Assembly: GCA_035542335.1 (NCBI GenBank)
Contig: DATKLQ010000476.1
Span: 1-19,937, forward strand
DNA length: 19,937 bases
Origin: Ignavibacteriaceae bacterium
Lineage (GTDB): Bacteria > Bacteroidota > Ignavibacteria > Ignavibacteriales > Ignavibacteriaceae
Direction of reading: 5' to 3'
The translations under genes and the position numbers were made by a program. Under the pieces are notes generated by a model. That model was not told the origin of the DNA. It ran no database searches and saw only the letters and a list, made by a program, of their open reading frames with translations. Positions 15,857 through 19,937 of this stretch are shown piece after piece. The first letter of the stretch is position 1, and the number at the start of each line of letters is the position of its first letter.

Positions 15857-17238
15857 AAAAGATTAGATTAACTATCGAAGATATTTTTGAAATACCGACG
15901 GCAGTTATTTATAATCCCGATCAATTTAAATTTCTTGAATCTGTTTCCATTGATTCAAGGAATATCTCCAGGAAGGGATTGTTTGTTGCAATCAAAGGAG
16001 AGAAATTTGACGGGCACGATTTCGTAAGTTATGCAATTGAAAACGGAGCGGAAGCAGTTTTATTTTCAGAAGAAAAATATGAAAATTTTAAAGAACTCAA
16101 TATTCCTTTTATCACTGTCAAAGATACATTAAAAGCTCTGGGCGATATAGCAAAGATCTGGAGGAAGAAACTTAATACAAAAATTATCGGAATTACCGGC
16201 AGCACAGGCAAGTCTACTACAAAGGAAATGCTTGCATTGATCCTTAATGAAAAATTTAAGGTGAATAAAACTATAGGAAATAATAATAATCATATCGGTG
16301 TCCCTCTTACAATTTTCAGTACAAACAACAGCCACGGTTTTCTTGTAGCTGAATTAGGTACAAATCATTTTGGAGAGATAAAATATACATCTGAGATACT
16401 TGAGCCGGATTATGCCCTAATTACAAACATCGGGCATTCACACCTGGAGTTCCTGAAAAATAAAAGAGGCATATTAAAGGAAAAGATTGAACTTTTTAGA
16501 ACAACATCGGAAAGAAAAGGTTTTATCTTTATAAATAATGATGATCCGCTGTTAAGTGGAATATCGAAAAATTATAAGAATAAGCTTACCTTCGGATTTA
16601 AATCCAAATCTGATGTTAAAGGTAAAATAACAGGATATACCGATGAAGGTAAACCGGTAATTCAAATTAATTACAAAAATAAGAGATTAAAAGAAACATT
16701 CTCCCTGTATGGCGAGCAGAGTGCAAAAAATTTCCTGGCTGCATCGGCTGTGGCATTTAAACTGGGATTGAACACTAAACAAATTTCAAGTGCTGTTAAG
16801 AAAATTAAAAGTGTGGATAAAAGATTAAATGTCAGAAAATATCCTGGTTTTCTTTTGATTGATGATACTTATAATGCAAATCCCGATTCCATGAAATTTG
16901 CTGTTGAGCTTCTTTCAAGAATTAAAAATTATAAAAAGAAAATTGCAGTGCTGGGCGATATGTTTGAGCTTGGAGAAGAGGGGCCGGCTCAGCATAAAAA
17001 ATTAGCAGCGGTTATAAATAAAAATAAAATCGATGCCGTTTTTACAATCGGTCCTTTGATGAAAAATTTAAATGAAGGATTAAATAAAGTTAAGATCGAA
17101 ACGGAGCACTTTACGGAGAGAGAACAATTTAAAAAATTTCTGAAAGAGAAAAGGTTCGATGACTCGGTTGTTTTAGTTAAGGGATCAAGAGGAATGAAGA
17201 TGGAAGAATTTGTTGGAATTATTGAAGCCGGAGTTTAA
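15853..17238 (+). CDS. murF: UDP-N-acetylmuramoyl-tripeptide--D-alanyl-D-alanine ligase
   Basis: 461 aa with Mur ligase P-loop GITGSTGKSTTKEM. Position after murE supports the call. ATGA overlap. Confidence 0.9.
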   Translation: MKKIRLTIEDIFEIPTAVIYNPDQFKFLESVSIDSRNISRKGLFVAIKGEKFDGHDFVSYAIENGAEAVLFSEEKYENFKELNIPFITVKDTLKALGDIAKIWRKKLNTKIIGITGSTGKSTTKEMLALILNEKFKVNKTIGNNNNHIGVPLTIFSTNNSHGFLVAELGTNHFGEIKYTSEILEPDYALITNIGHSHLEFLKNKRGILKEKIELFRTTSERKGFIFINNDDPLLSGISKNYKNKLTFGFKSKSDVKGKITGYTDEGKPVIQINYKNKRLKETFSLYGEQSAKNFLAASAVAFKLGLNTKQISSAVKKIKSVDKRLNVRKYPGFLLIDDTYNANPDSMKFAVELLSRIKNYKKKIAVLGDMFELGEEGPAQHKKLAAVINKNKIDAVFTIGPLMKNLNEGLNKVKIETEHFTEREQFKKFLKEKRFDDSVVLVKGSRGMKMEEFVGIIEAGV

Positions 17239-17239
17239 T

Positions 17240-18349
17240 ATGCTTTATTTCCTTTTTGATTATTTAAACAGAAAATTAAACCCGCCCGGCTTTGATGTGT
17301 TCAGGTTTTTAACCTTCCGGTCTGCCCTTGCCGCTATAACCGGGCTTGCTCTGGCTTTTTACCTTTCTCCAAGAGTGATAAAAATTCTTCAGAGGAAACA
17401 GATTGGCGAGGCAAAGAAAGAAGAAGGTCCTAAATTCCATTGGTCAAAAGCAGGTACTCCGACTATGGGCGGAGTTATTATTATTTTTTCAGTTGTGGTC
17501 CCTGTGCTTCTTTGGGCAGATATAAAAAGTATTTATATAATTTTAATTTTAGCGGGAACCGTTTGGCTGGCCGGTGTCGGCTTTATAGATGACTATTTGA
17601 AAGTGATAAAGAAATACCCTAAAGGATTAATAGCAAGGTATAAGCTGCTGGGGCAGTTCCTTATCGGTTTAATTATAGGTTCGGTAATTTATTTTTCTCC
17701 CCAGTTTGAAGGGATTAGCACCGTTACTACAGTTCCCTTTTTGAAAGATGTTAATTTAGATTTTTCCTATTTCTATATACCGGTTGTCATCTTTATAGTT
17801 ACTGCTACGTCAAATGCAGTCAATCTAACCGACGGATTGGACGGATTGGCAATCGGGATCATTACTATCGTAATGATAGCTTTGGCAATTATCAGCTATG
17901 TAAGCGGCAATGCAATTTTCTCAGACTATCTGAATATTATTTACCTTCCTGGATCAGGAGAGCTGACTGTTTTTGTTGCCGCTTTGATTGGCGCCTCGCT
18001 GGGTTTTTTATGGTACAATTTTTATCCCGCCCAGGTCTTTATGGGTGATACAGGGTCCCTTGCTCTTGGGGGTGCTTTTGGAATATTAGCCGTACTCATA
18101 AAAAAAGAGCTGCTGATACCTATACTGGGCGGGATTTTTTTCCTGGAAACTATTTCGGTAATAATTCAAAGATTATATTTCAAATATACCAAGAAGAAAT
18201 ACGGAGAGGGCAGAAGAGTTTTTAAAATGGCACCCATTCATCATCACTTTGAAATGGTCGGCTGGCCTGAACCGAAAATCGTCATACGGTTTTATATTAT
18301 AGCAATTATACTGGCAATTGTTAGTCTTACATCATTCAAGATCAGATGA
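17240..18349 (+). CDS. mraY: phospho-N-acetylmuramoyl-pentapeptide transferase
   Basis: Canonical MraY N-terminus MLYFLFDYL from ATG 17240, 1 nt after the murF stop. About 10 TM segments. Conserved NAVNLTDGLDGLA and MGDTGSL motifs. Confidence 0.9.
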   Translation: MLYFLFDYLNRKLNPPGFDVFRFLTFRSALAAITGLALAFYLSPRVIKILQRKQIGEAKKEEGPKFHWSKAGTPTMGGVIIIFSVVVPVLLWADIKSIYIILILAGTVWLAGVGFIDDYLKVIKKYPKGLIARYKLLGQFLIGLIIGSVIYFSPQFEGISTVTTVPFLKDVNLDFSYFYIPVVIFIVTATSNAVNLTDGLDGLAIGIITIVMIALAIISYVSGNAIFSDYLNIIYLPGSGELTVFVAALIGASLGFLWYNFYPAQVFMGDTGSLALGGAFGILAVLIKKELLIPILGGIFFLETISVIIQRLYFKYTKKKYGEGRRVFKMAPIHHHFEMVGWPEPKIVIRFYIIAIILAIVSLTSFKIR

Positions 18350-19695
18350 TTGATTTAAAAGATAAAAATATTTCCGTTATTGGGGCGGTAAGAAGCGGTA
18401 TCGGGGCTGCTAAGCTGATTAAGAAGCTTGGAGGCAAAGCTTTTGTAAGTGATATGTCGGATAATGCTAAGATAAAAAAATCTGCCGAAGTATTTATGGA
18501 GCTTGGAATCGATTATGAACTGGGCGGTCATACCAATAGAGTATTTGATTGCGAATTAATGGTCGTAAGCCCTGGCGTTCCTTCTAATGCAGAGATTCTT
18601 TCTAAAGCAAAAGAAAAAAATATAAAAGTAATAAGTGAGCTGGAGCTTGCTGCCGGCTTCTGCAAAGGTAAAATAATTGCAATTACAGGAACAAACGGTA
18701 AGACTACAACTACTTCCTTGTGTGCTCATGTTTTTAAAGTAGGCGGTAAAAAAATTTATACCGCCGGAAATATAGGATTTGCTTTTTCTGAAATTGCTCT
18801 CGATGTCCGGCCCGATGAGTACGTTTCCCTTGAGGTTTCAAGCTTTCAGCTGGATTTGATCGATACCTTTAAGCCTCAGGTAGCGGCTATTCTGAATATA
18901 ACCCCTGATCATCTGAACAGGTATGAAAATAAATTTGAGAAATATATTGAATCCAAGCTCAGAGTTTTTAAGAATCAGGACAGCGGCGATTTTTTAATTC
19001 TGAATAAAGACGATCCCGGCTTAATGAATTCTTTACCGAATTATAAAAGTAAAAATTTTTATTTCTCTCTCAGCGAGCCTCAGTACAACGGGTGTTATCT
19101 TTCCGGTGAAGAATTAATCTTCAATGAGTACAATGAACTGAAATTCAGCTGCAGTGTTAAGAATTTAAGCCTGAAAGGGGAACATAATTATCAGAATGCA
19201 ATGGCAGTAATCATTGCTGCTAAAATCTATGGCCTCGATAATGAAAGAATACGTGAAGCCTTGGGCTCCTTTAAAGGAGTTGAGCATAGGCTGGAATTTG
19301 TAAGAGAGATTGACGGCGTAATCTATATTAATGACTCTAAAGGGACAAATGTCGATTCGGTTTGGTATGCATTAAGGAGTTTTGATAATCCTATTTTCTT
19401 AATTCTCGGCGGCCAGGATAAAGGCAATGATTATAATAAAATTAAAGATCTTGTCCTGAAAAAAGTTAAAAAGATATATGCAATAGGCTCCTCGGCGGAA
19501 AAAGTTTTTAATTTTTTTCATCATGACATTAAAGTGGAGATAAAAGGAACCCTTGAAGAGGTGGTAATAACGGCCAACAGTGAAGCTAGAAAAAACGACG
19601 TTGTGCTCCTTTCTCCCGCCTGTGCAAGCTTTGATATGTTCGATAACTATGAGCACCGCGGCGAAGTGTTCAAGGAGGCGGTAAATAAATTATGA
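18346..19695 (+). CDS. murD: UDP-N-acetylmuramoylalanine--D-glutamate ligase
   Basis: 449 aa. N-terminal Rossmann segment (VIGAVRSGIGAAKLIKKLG) and Mur ligase P-loop GTNGKTTTTSL. ATGA overlap with mraY. Confidence 0.9.
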   Translation: MIDLKDKNISVIGAVRSGIGAAKLIKKLGGKAFVSDMSDNAKIKKSAEVFMELGIDYELGGHTNRVFDCELMVVSPGVPSNAEILSKAKEKNIKVISELELAAGFCKGKIIAITGTNGKTTTTSLCAHVFKVGGKKIYTAGNIGFAFSEIALDVRPDEYVSLEVSSFQLDLIDTFKPQVAAILNITPDHLNRYENKFEKYIESKLRVFKNQDSGDFLILNKDDPGLMNSLPNYKSKNFYFSLSEPQYNGCYLSGEELIFNEYNELKFSCSVKNLSLKGEHNYQNAMAVIIAAKIYGLDNERIREALGSFKGVEHRLEFVREIDGVIYINDSKGTNVDSVWYALRSFDNPIFLILGGQDKGNDYNKIKDLVLKKVKKIYAIGSSAEKVFNFFHHDIKVEIKGTLEEVVITANSEARKNDVVLLSPACASFDMFDNYEHRGEVFKEAVNKL

Positions 19696-19704
19696 TAAGA
19701 AAGC

Positions 19705-19937
19705 TTGCTCTCATTATTTTTTTTCGTCGCTTTTACTTTCATGCTCTTCGGGCTTATCGTGGTAATGAGCGCAAGCAGCACCTACAGCGCATTTAAATTC
19801 GATGATCTGTTTCACCTTTTTAATTCTCATTTCGTAAAAGTTATATTGGCCATATGCGCTATGATCGGGTTCTGTTTTATTCCTTATGAGATCTACAGAG
19901 AAGCAAGCAAATTTTTAATCTTCATTATAACTTTTGT
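19705..19937 (+). CDS. ftsW: SEDS-family cell division protein FtsW (5' part only; start uncertain)
   Basis: Open frame from 19699 to the window end. It encodes (M)LSLFFFVAFTFMLFGLIVVMSASSTYSAFKFDDLFHLFNSHFVKVILAICAMIGFCFIPYEIYR..., which includes the FtsW/RodA-type first TM helix with the ...MV.SAS... motif. Position after murD supports the call. Candidate starts are TTG 19705 and ATG about 19741. The ATGA start at 19692 is in a different frame (see findings). Confidence 0.6.
   Translation, partial: MLSLFFFVAFTFMLFGLIVVMSASSTYSAFKFDDLFHLFNSHFVKVILAICAMIGFCFIPYEIYREASKFLIFIITF

Noticed and set aside
9577-19706. Shared MIRKL N-terminus between the 31-aa small ORF (about 9577) and the out-of-frame ATGA start at the murD/ftsW junction (19692)
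   Set aside because: A 5-aa match in an AT-rich genome (ATGATAAGAAA...) is most likely coincidence. It is not evidence of duplication.
1-19937. Searched for CRISPR arrays, transposase/integrase genes, IS inverted repeats, TA pairs and restriction-modification or other defense genes
   Set aside because: None found. No periodic repeat-spacer structure, and no ORF with transposase, integrase, nuclease or methylase hallmarks. The gene content is core housekeeping with conserved operon-like packing.

Overview
This 19.9-kb window comes from an AT-rich (roughly mid-30s % GC by eye) bacterium that is probably diderm. The evidence for that is an LPS-type GT9 heptosyltransferase and a MurE carrying the meso-DAP 'DNPR' motif. 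The content is consistent with an FCB-group-like lineage (Ignavibacteria/Bacteroidetes-like), but that assignment is a guess. The window is dense, syntenic housekeeping. In order it holds a 3'-truncated secreted beta-propeller protein (-), pgeF/yfiH, an EamA/DMT transporter, folB, a 249-bp structured spacer, folK, a deoxynucleoside kinase, a tiny DUF4834-like membrane protein, a GT9 heptosyltransferase, a short Ppx/GppA phosphatase, a VOC/PhnB-like protein, a convergent 664-aa flotillin-like SPFH protein (-), a 430-bp non-coding gap, a small lipoprotein (-), and the 5' half of the dcw cluster (mraZ-rsmH-ftsL-ftsI-murE-murF-mraY-murD-ftsW', partial). The dcw genes are translationally coupled through ATGA/TGATG overlaps. 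I found no CRISPR array, transposase, integrase, toxin-antitoxin pair, restriction-modification system or other recognisable defense or mobile system, and I do not think the window contains a novel multi-gene system. The observations worth a second look are local. The folB-folK spacer carries a nested heptamer direct/inverted-repeat element that could form mutually exclusive hairpins. At the murD-ftsW junction the conserved ATGA coupling start leads into a dead frame, and an 8-T homopolymer sits exactly where a +1 shift is needed. FtsI carries a C-terminal PASTA domain in a Gram-negative-type context. An MraZ-box-like TGGGN triple repeat lies upstream of mraZ. The flotillin-like gene is orphan and terminator-bounded, with a GC-rich island in its leader. 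There are two candidate small proteins. Coordinates read from the text blocks may be off by +/-1 in places; ORF-track coordinates were used wherever possible.
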